A stretch of DNA of 64,000 nt from Camelus dromedarius (Eukaryota). Below the pieces are notes generated by a model that was not told the DNA's origin, did not search any database, and was given only the letters and a program-made list of their open reading frames with translations. Below, in pieces: positions 1-10,400 of this stretch; within the stretch, counting starts at the first letter, position 1; every line of letters begins with the position of its first letter. The stretch is taken from positions 44,828,001-44,892,000 of the forward strand of contig NC_087447.1 of the NCBI RefSeq assembly GCF_036321535.1. Reading direction: 5' to 3'. Made by a program: the position numbers and the translations under genes.

Positions 1-353
1 TTCAGTCCCACTATTTCCTGGGGTCTCTTCGTGGGTATTCATTCCATTTAAGTATTGTTGGAATCTCTGCTGCCAGGAATATGTAGCCAGAGAGTCTGCT
101 GACATGTGGTGGTCTATAGAAATACACTGAATTTGACACATGGTTCATTCCTCTCTGTGAAGAATAAAGTCTTGCCCACGAAGATCATGTGATCATTTAT
201 TCACTATTTGAATGTTATGTGCCAGGCCCTGCGCATATTGTTGCTCCAGGAGTGATTGGTTGGGCCTAGGGTTGGGGGGTTCCCATTTGGTAAACATCTT
301 GGAGGGTAGAGAGCTCTTATGGTGACTCCCTCCCTCCTCCCACACCCCCCCAG

Positions 354-433
354 CTCTGCATGGTCTCTCTGAGTCTCTTCAGGACCCTACTGAACCTCAG
401 CTGTGAGGATGTCCTGCTGCAGCTGGTTCTCAG
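354..433 (+). CDS. FHIP1B: FHIP1B (FAM160A2) internal coding exon, LCMVSLSLFRTLLNLSCEDVLLQLVL(R); the gene starts upstream of the window
   Basis: Pyrimidine tract plus CAG acceptor at 351-353 and CAG|GTACCT donor at 434. The 80-nt exon reads open and joins in phase to the next exon (AG|G=Arg). The peptide matches recalled FHIP1B sequence. Confidence 0.9.
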
Positions 434-636
434 GTACCTGTGGGAGCAGGGCTGAGGGATGGCTGACCCGGAACCCTCAGGGCCCTTGTGCATTGCTGGG
501 GCGATGGGTTTTATTGGGGTTGCTCATATGTTTCTTCCTGAAGCCTGGCTTAGCCATGTAGTTCTACTGATGTTCTCCCAAGCCCTGTCCTTCCTTCCTG
601 ATCTACCCTGTGTCCCTTTTCTGCTGCCTTTCCCAG

Positions 637-800
637 GTATCTTGTCCCATGTAACCATGTGATGCTGAGCCAGAAACCAGCTGTGCGTGATGTGGACCTA
701 TATGGACGAGCAGCAGACAAGTTTCTCTCCCTAATCCCACGCTGTTGTCGGCACCGTGCCTCCAGCCCACCCTGTCCAGAGCATGCCTCATGGGCACGAG
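637..800 (+). CDS. FHIP1B: FHIP1B coding exon (YLVPCNHVMLSQKPAVRDVDLYGRAADKFLSLIPRCC...WAR); alternative donor at 842 adds 14 aa
   Basis: tttcccAG acceptor at 635-636, GAG|GTGGGC donor at 801 and a second in-frame donor CGG|GTATGG at 843. Overlaps ORF 659..880. Confidence 0.92.
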
Positions 801-1241
801 GTGGGCCTAGCAGAGAGGCAGGGAGAAGGGAGGACACGACGGGTATGGCCTGGGTTCTGGGAGAGCCTCGCAAGAAGTAGGGGCTAGGGTGGGAGGAGGG
901 AGGTAACCATGAGGGGCATTCCATCTTTGGGGAGGTCCATGAGGGGTGTTGTAGGGTGGATCCTTAATTCCACCAGAGAAATTCAGCTTCTGAGCAAAGC
1001 TGTTCATCTTCTTCACTCCCATCCTGGACTATTCTGTTTCCATTGTTTCTTTGCTGTCAGTGGTGGTGAGAAGGGGTGGTAGATGAGTAAAAGTAAGTTT
1101 GGAGGGTGGAGAGTCAGCTGTCTGAATAGGTCCCATGTTTCTGCCGCTTCGTTGCCTTCTCTCTTAGTTACCCTAGCTGTCTTATGCTTCCTCCCGCACC
1201 TCTGTCTCTTGGATCCTTCTTATGTTTTTTCCCCTCTGCAG

Positions 1242-2021
1242 GACCTGGAAGCCCAAGTGTTGACTCCTCTTCTGCAGTGACAGTGCCCCGTCCCTCCACG
1301 CCGTCTCGTCTGGCCCTCTTCCTGCGACAGCAGAGCCTGGGTGGCTCCGAGTCCCCAGCCCCAGCCCCTCGCTCACCAGGGCTTGCTGCATCCCCAGCCT
1401 CCAGCCCCGGCCGACGGCCCAGCCCCGCAGAGGAGCCTGGTGAGCTGGAAGACAATTACCTGGAGTATCTGCGTGAGGCGCGCCGTGGTGTGGACCACTG
1501 TGTCCAAGCCTGCCGTACCTGGTCTGCCCCCTATGATGGCGAGCGGCCCCCTCCTGAGCCCAGTCCCATTGGCTCCCGGACTAAGAAACGCAGCCTACTG
1601 CCTGAGGAGGACAGGGACAATGCGGGGGAAGGGGAGGAGGAAGAGCTGGGGAGTGGGGGGCTGGCTGGGGGGGGAAGAGAGGGCCCCGGCCACCTGCCCC
1701 CTCCCCAGCTCAATGGGGTGCCAGGACCGTGGCCTGAGGGGGCCAAGAAGGTTCGTCGGGTGCCACAGGAGGGAGCTGGGGGACTGCTAGAGGGCATCTC
1801 CGAGGGCATGGCAGGACTGGAGGGCTTTGGGCAGGAGCTCCGGGAGCTGGAGGTGGCATTGAGCAATGGGGGTGCTGGCTCAGAGCCCCCCCTAGAGCCT
1901 GCACTGCCTCTTGAGGAGGAGGAGGCCTACGAGAGCTTCACCTGTCCCCCTGAGCCCCCTGGCCCCTTCCTCAGCAGCCCTTTGCGGACTCTCAACCAGC
2001 TGCCAAGCCAGCCCTTCACTG
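1242..2021 (+). CDS. FHIP1B: FHIP1B large Pro/Gly/Glu-rich coding exon (GPGSPSVDSS...LEDNYLEYLREARRGVD...LPSQPFT)
   Basis: ctctgcAG acceptor at 1240-1241 and CTG|GTAAGC donor at 2022. 780 nt, phase 1/1, contained in ORF 1184..2074. Confidence 0.95.
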
Positions 2022-4456
2022 GTAAGCTACTTATCCTAGGCCTTCTTGTTTGTGTACCCTTTGCATGTTCTTGATGTGTTTGTGCTGGTTTCTGAGACCA
2101 GTTCTTGGCCATGTCATTCCTCTGTACTTGCCTAGCTCCTCATCCATTTTGCTTGGGTCCCCTCCAGATCCATATCATGTCATACTTGTGTCTCTGTGTC
2201 TGTCTGTACATCTTCCATGCTTGTGCTGGTTCGAGTATTGCCTTATGACTAAGCTTTGTATATCTGTCCTATGTGCATGTTCCTCCTCTTCCCCAGTCTG
2301 GCCATTTCCTGGGATGTGTGATCGGATTATTCTGTGTTTGGTGTTTCTGGTAAATCACAGCGATATATGTGGAAGACATATGTGCTGTCCTGTATGTCCT
2401 ATAAACCATGCTGTTCCATGCTGTTCCCACCAGTCTACCTGTCTGGGTGTTGGGTCTCCTCTCAGTTCTTCAGTGAACCAGGGTCAGCTGTCTGGTGTTC
2501 TTCCCCCTCCTCAGCTCTGGCCTCCTTCTTCTCAGCCTCTTCAAAGAAGGACTCAATTTCAGGTTTCTCCTGTTCCCTGTCCTTGTACCTTGTTACTTGC
2601 CATGACTTCTCAGTAAGGCTTTCTTAAGGGTTTATGGTTAGTAGTAAGAACTAAGCAGGTAGAGTAAAATACCTCTGTCTGGATAAATTGGATCAGTGAA
2701 ATACATCTGTCAGGGCAAATGACAAAGCATGGCCCTGAGCCCCTTGGCTAAGTTCTTTTTGCCTCTCTGAAAGACTCTAGAACTCCACCTGGCCTGAGTG
2801 GTTGGGTTAACTGCTCTTTGTTTTTGTTTGAGAGCCAGCTTTACCCAGCCCAGCCCTCACGCTGGCTGGGCATTGGGGGGAGGGGGCACTTTTGGGAAGC
2901 AGTGTAGTGCTTTGGACTACACATTCCTTGAGTTAGCATACCATCTATGTCACTGATGCATGTAAATCACTTCCTTGTGATGCTGGTACGTTGTGAGAAG
3001 TCAGCACATGGTAACTTTTTACTAGGATTATCATCTCTTGGATGCATGACAGATACAAGTCGGCCAAGGCAACCACCCATCTTCCTGTTGTTTGTAGTCA
3101 AGTTATCATGCCTTGATCAATACGTGTCCTAACTGGGCCTGGGATATGCTGCATCCTGCATGTACAGCATCAGACCTTCGGCTTGGGAGTTGTGACAACT
3201 CCCTCTTACAGACTGCATGGAATATCTCTTTCCCTTTATTTAGTCTCTGCTCTCTCCTGCTGTATCTCATTAGAAGGCAGTGTGCCGGTTTTACCACATT
3301 CTCGAAGCATTAATTAAAGCTCCCTCCTTTTTCTTCTTTGTAAACTCATCTGAGCCTTTTCTCTTACAAGAAAGTCCCAGGAAACGAGAAGGACCAAGTT
3401 ATGGGATATCTTAGGACCCTGCTGAGCTAGAGTTGTTTAAGAGCTAAAGCTAGTCCTGTGTGTAGGGAATGGAGAATGTTCTAGGATCTTTTTCAGGATT
3501 TGGTGTCCCTTGCTTGTCAGTGTTCTCCTGCCTCAAGTCATAGTGCAGTTCCTAGGCACACTCCCTTCTCCCACCAGACCCCTGACCAGACAGGCTGTGA
3601 TGGTTCCAGAGTCCTGGTGCTGGTGATCTGGCTCAGTTGAGGCTAGTTCTTCTAGAACATCATTCTCATCTCTTCTGTTATCTTCTTCCCGATTAAGGAG
3701 TCTTCCCTGAAACAGTGTTTGGCCCTGAACTAGGCTCCCTCTACTATAGATTCTGTTCCACTGTCTTGGCTCCCAGTTCCTTCACAGACCCGATCGCTCC
3801 TCTGACTTTAAGCCGGCCGATATCATCGCCTTCTTTGCCTTTGCTGCACTTGCTTCTTGCTTTCTTTCTGACCCAGGTCTAGCGTTATCCTCTGTCTCGT
3901 GTGTAGCCTGATTTCTTCTTTTGGCCCTAATCACTTTCTTACTTGTTCTTTCTTCACTTGTCCTCTTGGGTGAAGCTTTTTAAAAAAACTGAGAAATATA
4001 TAGCTTATAGTTATTAAATATTTATGATTTGTTAGATTTTGGCCTAAATGCTGTATATCAATACCTCTTTGATTCTCTTAATAATCTTATGAGGTGGGTA
4101 TATTTTCTTCTTTTACCAAATAGTAAACTATGCTTGGAGAGTTTTGATTCATCTAGTAACTTAACGGTAAACGGTAAAGCTAACATTTGAAAACTAGGTC
4201 TTTCTGATTCCAGAGCCTATGGTCTGGCCCTTCAGCTCAGATGTGTATAAAGGTGGCCTCTGGACCTCTTGTGGGTCCCTGTAGTATCTGCCATTTTATC
4301 TCCTCCAGAATAGGTGGTCACGGATATTTAAACCTACCCAGAGACTGACATACAAATAATTTTCATCTGGTTGGTGGTGGGGGGTCTCTTGTTTTTGGGA
4401 GGAATGAGTGTGACGTGCATTGTGTTCAGGCCTTGTATCCTTGTGCCCACCCCCAG

Positions 4457-4635
4457 GCCCCTTCATGGCTGTGCTCTTTGCCAAACTCGAGAACATGCTG
4501 CAGAACTCCGTCTATGTCAACTTCCTGCTGACGGGGCTGGTGGCCCAGCTGGCCTGTCACCCCCAGCCCCTGCTCCGCTCTTTCCTGCTCAACACCAACA
4601 TGGTCTTCCAGCCCAGTGTCAAGTCCCTGCTGCAG
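4457..4635 (+). CDS. FHIP1B: FHIP1B coding exon (GPFMAVLFAKLENMLQNSVYVNFLLTGLVAQLACHPQPLLRSFLLNTNMVFQPSVKSLLQ)
   Basis: ccccAG acceptor at 4455-4456 and CAG|GTGTGC donor at 4636. Encodes the conserved FHIP C-terminal domain. Confidence 0.95.
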
Positions 4636-4793
4636 GTGTGCGATGCATGCATGCATGGGTGCGTCCAGGCTCCATGGTGGGCCAGGCCCGCAGCTGGAGT
4701 GGCCGTGGGGGTGCTGGGAACAAGACCAATGGACTAGAAGGGACTGTGTCAGTCTAGAGCCACCCAGAAATGTCATGAAGTTGTGCTTCATAG

Positions 4794-4956
4794 GTGCTGG
4801 GCTCTGTGAAGAATAAGATTGAGAGCTTTGCAGCCTCGCAGGAGGACTTCCCAGCATTGCTGTCCAAAGCCAAGAAGTACCTCATTGCCCGTGGCAAGTT
4901 GGATTGGACTGAGGGCCCTCCAGCAGGACCTGCCCCCCGCCGCTCTGATTCCCTAG
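4794..4956 (+). CDS. FHIP1B: FHIP1B coding exon (VLGSVKNKIESFAASQEDFPALLSKAKKYLIARGKLDW...RRSDSL)
   Basis: catAG acceptor at 4792-4793 and TAG|GTGAGG donor at 4957. Phase 0 in, phase 1 out. Confidence 0.95.
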
Positions 4957-5009
4957 GTGAGGCCTACCCTGCCACCCACTCCCTGTCTTCCATGGACAAC
5001 TAATTAGCT

Positions 5010-6420
5010 TAGGTTCATTGAGTTCCTGTTAAAGTTGATGCCTTGTGCCAGGAACCGGGGAGTTGCAGCAAGTAGAGTCTTGATTTTGTCCTCAGGCTTC
5101 TGGTCAGAGGATAAAACATAGTTCTGTCCACCAAGAGCCAAAGCAGTAGTATCAACAAAACTACTCTAGAAGTGGGGGACAGTCAAGGGAACAGAATCGT
5201 CTCTAGGTTGAGATAGTGTTACAGCTTGGTAAAGGACATGGCATTTGATGTGGGTCTTGGGGGATGGATAGGACTTGGGTAGGCAAAGGAGTGGGATGGC
5301 TTTATTCTTTTTTTTTAGGGAATAACATGAACTGTTAGTTGGAGCAGGGGATTTAGAAGGTGGTGGAACATTGGTAGTAAGACTGGAAAGGTTTGACCAG
5401 AGCAGAAGGTTCTCAGAGTAGAAGTTGAGCTGGATAGAAGTTACAAATTTTTAGGCAGAGAGAAACCACTGGGGGTTCTTAGATCTGGGAGTGGAGAGAG
5501 AAGTATGCCAGTTCATGTGCTGGGTGTGTTGGAGCTAGGAGAAAATGGAGTTAGGAGAGCAATTGGGAGGCTTCTGTCATATTGCAGGTGTGACCTGTAA
5601 GGCTTGAATTAGAACCTTGGAAATAGAAAGGAAGAATGTGATATGGTGGAAATGGGAAGGAAGTGTAGGCAGAGTTTGATGAGTGGTTATGAAGTATAAG
5701 GAAGAAGGAAGAGTTAAATAAGGCTGTGAAGTTTTAAATCTATCTTTCATCAACAAGTATCTGCACACCTGCCAAGTGTACTAGGTGTTGTCTTTAGTAC
5801 AGGGGGCTCGGGGAGGTACAAGATGAGATCGTTGCTTTCAAAGAGCTGATAGTCTCTACAGTGATTGGAGGGTTGTCATAACTGAGGGAGCAAAGTCTTA
5901 AAGGTGGTGGGAGTAAATGAGATCCAGAGCCCTAGGAAGGGATTGACATTGGACAGGAAAAGGTGGTTTTTTTTAACCTTCTTTGAGGCAGATGAGGAGA
6001 GATCAAAGGAGGAAATGATATGTACCAGTGGAGATTTGGGGTGTGGAGGGGAAGCTTAGGGAATTGAAGTCATCCTTTATTTGGTAATCAGAGTAGGAGG
6101 CAAAAATAATTGGCTGAGCAAGAGAGCAGAGGTGAGATGGGAGCTTAAGGAGAAAAGTGTATATAAGTTGGAAAGAGAGGACCAGAAGGGCTATTATATA
6201 GCTGTGAAGACCCAGCTGAAGTTCCTTAGTATGAGTTTCTCACAGTCCAGTACTGTGAGTATTTCCTGCTTCCACTGTCCTGGTACGTGTTCACTGTGGG
6301 GGGCCCAGGAATATGAAGACAAATAAGACAGAGTCCAAGCCCTTAAGCTCACAGATTAGTGAAAGCGGTAGAAGACATGAGAACAAGTTACTACAATGCG
6401 GGGCAGTAAAATGGGAAGTT
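5010..6420. mobile_element. L2 LINE remnants in the last FHIP1B intron
   Basis: Purine-rich with L2-like motifs (GTGCCAGG, GAAACCACTGGGGG, AAATAAGACAGAGTCC..CTCACAGATTAGTG). Confidence 0.5.
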
Positions 6421-7446
6421 AGTGGAGGGCAAACTAGAGGTTTCACCGAGAGGTGGGGGTGGGGAAATTAGGCCAAGGATGAAAGTAGTGGGGAGAGCAA
6501 AATTAAGGCAGAAGGGGCTACAGAAGCATGAAAAGAGTCTGGAGAGTCCCAGGAAGAGAAGGTGGGTGTGGAGCCAAAGCAGGGGGTGCTGTAGAAAGTT
6601 GTGAGAAGAGAGTGGAGGAAGTGTGTGAACCTGGTTGGTAGGGGCCCTGAATGCTAAATTTAATAGATCTTTCTGGCATGTCTCTGCAGCCAGTTTTAGA
6701 GGTTGAGAATAGGAACCATGTCATGATCTAGAGACTGGATACCTAGAGTTTAGGGCCTAGACCTTGGGCATAGATCCAGGCAGAAAATTAGAGGCGAGAA
6801 GGCAGTATTTTAAATGGTTCACTTGAGTCTAAGCTGATGTGAAGTTGTCTGGCCACAACTGCTGGGAAGGTGGCTTTGGTGGATATAGGAGAGGGATTGC
6901 TGGAAGGTAAAGTTGTGGCACAGGAGAGTGGGTCTTGGAGGAACAGTCGTGTGTGGCAGATCTGATAAAGTCACTGAACTATGATTGCGTATGTGGCCCT
7001 GTGGGTACTGAAGGAGCAGGGGATGTGGGTCAGGTGTTACAGGTGGGGGAGAGAGGAAGTGTTTGACCCTAATTCAGGAGGGTGCTGGGAAGCAAGAGGT
7101 AAGGGCATGTTACAGACTGAGGAGAAGGAGCTTGGCCATGGTAGAATGGTGATTGGAAAGGGAGGAGCATTAAGAGAATTCCTCGTGGTGAAGGGGCCTG
7201 GAGAAGGAGGGGGTCTTGTCTGGGGATGAACGGCTGAAGTGTTGACTGACTAAAGACTGAGCATGGTGGTTGGCTGGCGGGGAGGCTGGACAGAGGGAAG
7301 AAAGCTGGGCAGGCAGCACTTTGGTGTAGGTCCTAGTCGAGAAGTCCATGAACCTGGAGGGGTACGGGGAAGTCTCCTCTCCCAGGCCAGGTGGGGGGGC
7401 ACTTTGCCTGACCCAGCACCTTCACGACACTCCTGTTTGTTCCCAG

Positions 7447-7808
7447 TGAAGAGTCGGAGGCCGTCCTTGGGGGAGCTGCTCCTGCGGCACGCACACAGTC
7501 CAACCAGGGCTCGGCAGGCGGCGCAGCTGGCTCTTCCGCCTGGGAGAGACGGCGCAGGACTTGGCCTAGGTGGGGGCTCCCCGGGGGCTTCAACGCCGGC
7601 CCTGCCCCACCGAGGCGGGGCCCCCGAGCGCCAAGGTGAGGCTCTGCGAGTCAAGAATGCTGTCTACTGTGCAGTCATTTTCCCTGAGTTTCTCAAGGAG
7701 CTGGCTGCCATCTCCCAGGCCCATGCTGTCACCTCGCCTTTCTTGTTGGATACTTCAGAGGAGGGATCTGGCCCTCCTGTCTCAGGCTTTGGGGCCCTCA
7801 ATCCTTAA
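7447..7808 (+). CDS. FHIP1B: FHIP1B terminal coding exon (VKSRRPSLGELLLRHAHSPTRAR...VKNAVYCAVIFPEFLKELAAISQAHAV...LNP*)
   Basis: tttgttcccAG acceptor at 7445-7446 and TAA at 7806-7808. Contains the conserved FHIP C-terminal motif. Confidence 0.95.
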
Positions 7809-7951
7809 CTTTCTTCCATGGACAATCAGGGCCTTGAGTGGCCTGGGCTGGGGGCCAGGGTGTAGGCTCCTTTTTATGTTTGGAGGCAGTGGCGAGAGGA
7901 CTTTTTAATTTATTTCTGATGAATGTTTCCTGGAGAACTTGTTGCAATACG

Positions 7952-7957
7952 TATAAA
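7952..7957 (+). terminator. Candidate variant polyadenylation signal (TATAAA) of FHIP1B
   Basis: Best PAS-like hexamer I found shortly after the stop codon, followed by a T/pyrimidine-rich tract. Confidence 0.4.
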
Positions 7958-8224
7958 AGGGAAATCTCTATTCTGTGCTCATTCTTCCTTCCCTCCCTTT
8001 TTCTATGGGGCCGGGGCTCCAAGAAAGTTGTACATAGATGGGGAAGTGGTCAGGGTACTTTCTCTCTGGTGAGGATCAGATACCAAGTTTCAAGGCACTT
8101 CCTACGCCTTTAGAGGGTGAGGGGACATGAAACCTAGGGAAGAAATGTGGGCCTTTCCTCCTCCAGACCCCCACAGGAAGAAGCAGCATGGGCCTAGGAT
8201 GGTTTGGGGGAGCAGCAGCTGATG

Positions 8225-8230
8225 TTTATT
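8225..8230 (-). terminator. AATAAA polyadenylation signal of C11orf42
   Basis: TTTATT on + strand, about 60 nt past the C11orf42 stop codon. Confidence 0.75.
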
Positions 8231-8292
8231 GGGGACCAGTGTCCCTATGTCAGATCTTGGGGGCCTCGCCCCCTGCATCTCTTGCCTCAGCT

Positions 8293-8423
8293 TCATTCGT
8301 CGCTGTCGAACTCCGAGGACAGACCCTGCAGCAGGGGCAGGGACATGGAGTGCCGGTCGGGGTCCCCGGGGCCCCCACCCTGGGCTCCTGGTGGGGGGCT
8401 GCGGGGGCTGAAGAGCCAGTTCT
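8293..8423 (-). CDS. C11orf42: C11orf42 ortholog exon 3 (ENWLFSPRSPPPGAQGGGPGDPDRHSMSLPLLQGLSSEFDSDE*)
   Basis: Acceptor AG at 8425-8424 and TGA at 8295-8293. The three exons total 72+799+131=1002 nt, i.e. 333 aa plus stop. Confidence 0.92.
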
Positions 8424-8691
8424 CTGCCAGGGTTGGGGATAGTCAGAGCTTGACTCATGCCCTGCTTTTTCTGCCTCCCTGATCCCTCCCACTGGTCTTC
8501 TTTGTTGTACCCACCCCCTCACCAGGACCATGCTTCCATCTCACCCTCCCCTGGCTCCCTCACTCCATCCTCCTCACTAGGGTCCAGTGTGGAGTTACAG
8601 GTGCCCTGTAACGCATTCCTGGGCTATACTCCCCATGCCCTCTCCCTCCACCCTGCCCCGTCCCTCTCATCTTCATTTCCCCTAGCAGTAC

Positions 8692-9490
8692 CTGACAGCA
8701 TCTGGGGCCCTCTTCGGAAGAAGTTTCGGCCCTTGTAGGAGAATCTGGTTGGTCTACCCTCTGGCCCTTCCTGGGGAGGAGGTGTAGGTGGGTCTGGGAC
8801 AGGCATGGGCACAGCAGCAGCTTCGGGGATATCCTCAGGGGCTGATGTGTGGGCCGGAGGTGGCATGGTGCTGAGGTTGGGTCTGACCCAACTGGCCCCC
8901 TGAGGCAGTGGGTCTTTGATCAGAGGCTTCTGTGGTCCCAGCACTCCCTTGGGCTGCAGTGAAAACTTGAGGCAGGAGAAGGCAATAGGCAGTGACCGTT
9001 GTAACCGGAGCAGCTGGGGCTCACGGGCGGTAGGCAGCAGCCCCAGCTGCAGCCAGGAACAGGAGAAGACCTGGTAGATAACATAGATGCTGCGGGTGCT
9101 TCGGAGCCAGGGAAGAGTCTGCTGTAGGCTCACCTGCCCTGGTGGCAGCAACAGGAAGGCCACCTTCTTGCGCAGGCCACCCATATGTAAGTGGATCTGG
9201 CAGGGCTGTCCATCCAACAGTCGCGTTTCTCCATAGGCTATCTCTGCTCGGCCATTTGGTGAGTATTCTCGAGTGCAGTGGGCAAAGGCTCCCTCAGACC
9301 CTGCCTGCTCCAGGAGGTTTGGTAGTGGCCCCACTGGTTGTAGTGCCCGCCGGCCCTGCCGACCTGGCAGAGCCAGGCGGGTGTGGGCTGGGCGGGACTG
9401 TTTCACAAGCACACCCAGTAGGTCATAGCAGGTTGCGTCCGACAGGAAAGGTACTGCCACTACATTGTGCCCAAAGCGCTCCTCGATGAC
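8692..9490 (-). CDS. C11orf42: C11orf42 ortholog exon 2 (VIEERFGHNVVAVPFLSDATCYDLLGVLVKQSRPAHTRL...RRGPQMLS)
   Basis: ctgcAG acceptor at 9492-9491 and CAG|GTACTG donor at 8691. Overlaps ORF 8624..9460 and matches recalled C11orf42 protein. Confidence 0.93.
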
Positions 9491-9669
9491 CTGCAGGTGG
9501 CCAGTTTATAGGTCAGGGACTGAGTGCATTAGGGTCAGGGCTAGGAGTCACCTGATAGCCTGCTCTAGATCGACCCTCCCACTGTCACTGTTGGATTACA
9601 TCTCCACAATGTGCTCAAAGTGTTATGCTTCCTGCTTATCTCCCAGTTCTCTCCTGTAGCAAAACCTTG

Positions 9670-10400
9670 AATGTCTACTATCTGCCAGACTCTGCTAGAC
9701 ACTGGAAATGCATAAAAAAATGAGACTTTGTCCTTGTCCTAATATAGCTCAGTCTAATGGAGGAGACAAACATGTAAACAGTAGGCAGCTAAGTAAAAGA
9801 ACAGAGAGCAAACTATGGGGCAGGTGAGCTGTGATTTAACAGCCTTTGTCTTTGATAGAAGAGGATCAAGGATAGCTTCTAGGTGGTAATACTTTGGCTT
9901 CTAAGGAATTAGGTAGGAGAAGGAACAGCCAGTGAAAAAAACTTGCACTTAATAAACTAAAGGGCACAGTCAGGAACATATAATTTCTTATTCAGTGTAG
10001 GGTGTGGAGAGGGACAAGCACACAGGAACTTGAATCTTCAAGGCCTTGTGTGTGTGCTAAGTGGTGGGAATTTTATCCTGAGGACAATGGGAAGCCACTT
10101 GAAGGGCTCTGGCTAGGAGGGGCAGGATCAGATAGGCATTTAAAAAGTTTATTTGGAAAGGAAGGCATAAAATAAAGGGAGATAGAAAAATCAGTTAAGA
10201 ATGTTATAAAATTCCAGGCAAGACATGGTGAGCCTCTGAATTAAAATAATGGGGGAAGATATTTAGGTTATAGAATTAGTAGAACTTGGTCACTTAAGGT
10301 GTGTGGGAAAAGGAATCCTCAAGGATTATTCTTACGTGATTGGTTAGATGGGTGATGTCATTAACCAAGAATGGATACACAGAAGTAGCTTTGGAAGTCC
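9670..10400. mobile_element. L2 LINE remnant in C11orf42 intron 1
   Basis: TTGAATGTCTACTATCTGCCAGACTCTG..., CAATGGGAAGCCACTTGAAGGG and GATGTCATTAACCAAGA L2-like motifs. Confidence 0.65.

Noticed and set aside
1168..1904. Antisense and alternate-frame ORFs over FHIP1B and OR exons
   Set aside because: Shadow ORFs of GC-rich coding sequence with no independent evidence.
2050..2616. 188-aa Cys/Leu-rich ORF
   Set aside because: It arises from TG/TC-rich intronic composition, has a non-ATG start and shows no family resemblance; only a sub-segment is kept as a weak exon candidate.
8624..8691. C-terminal tail of ORF 8624..9460 (GTARGNEDERDG...)
   Set aside because: Intron read-through; the real C-terminus is in exon 8423-8293.
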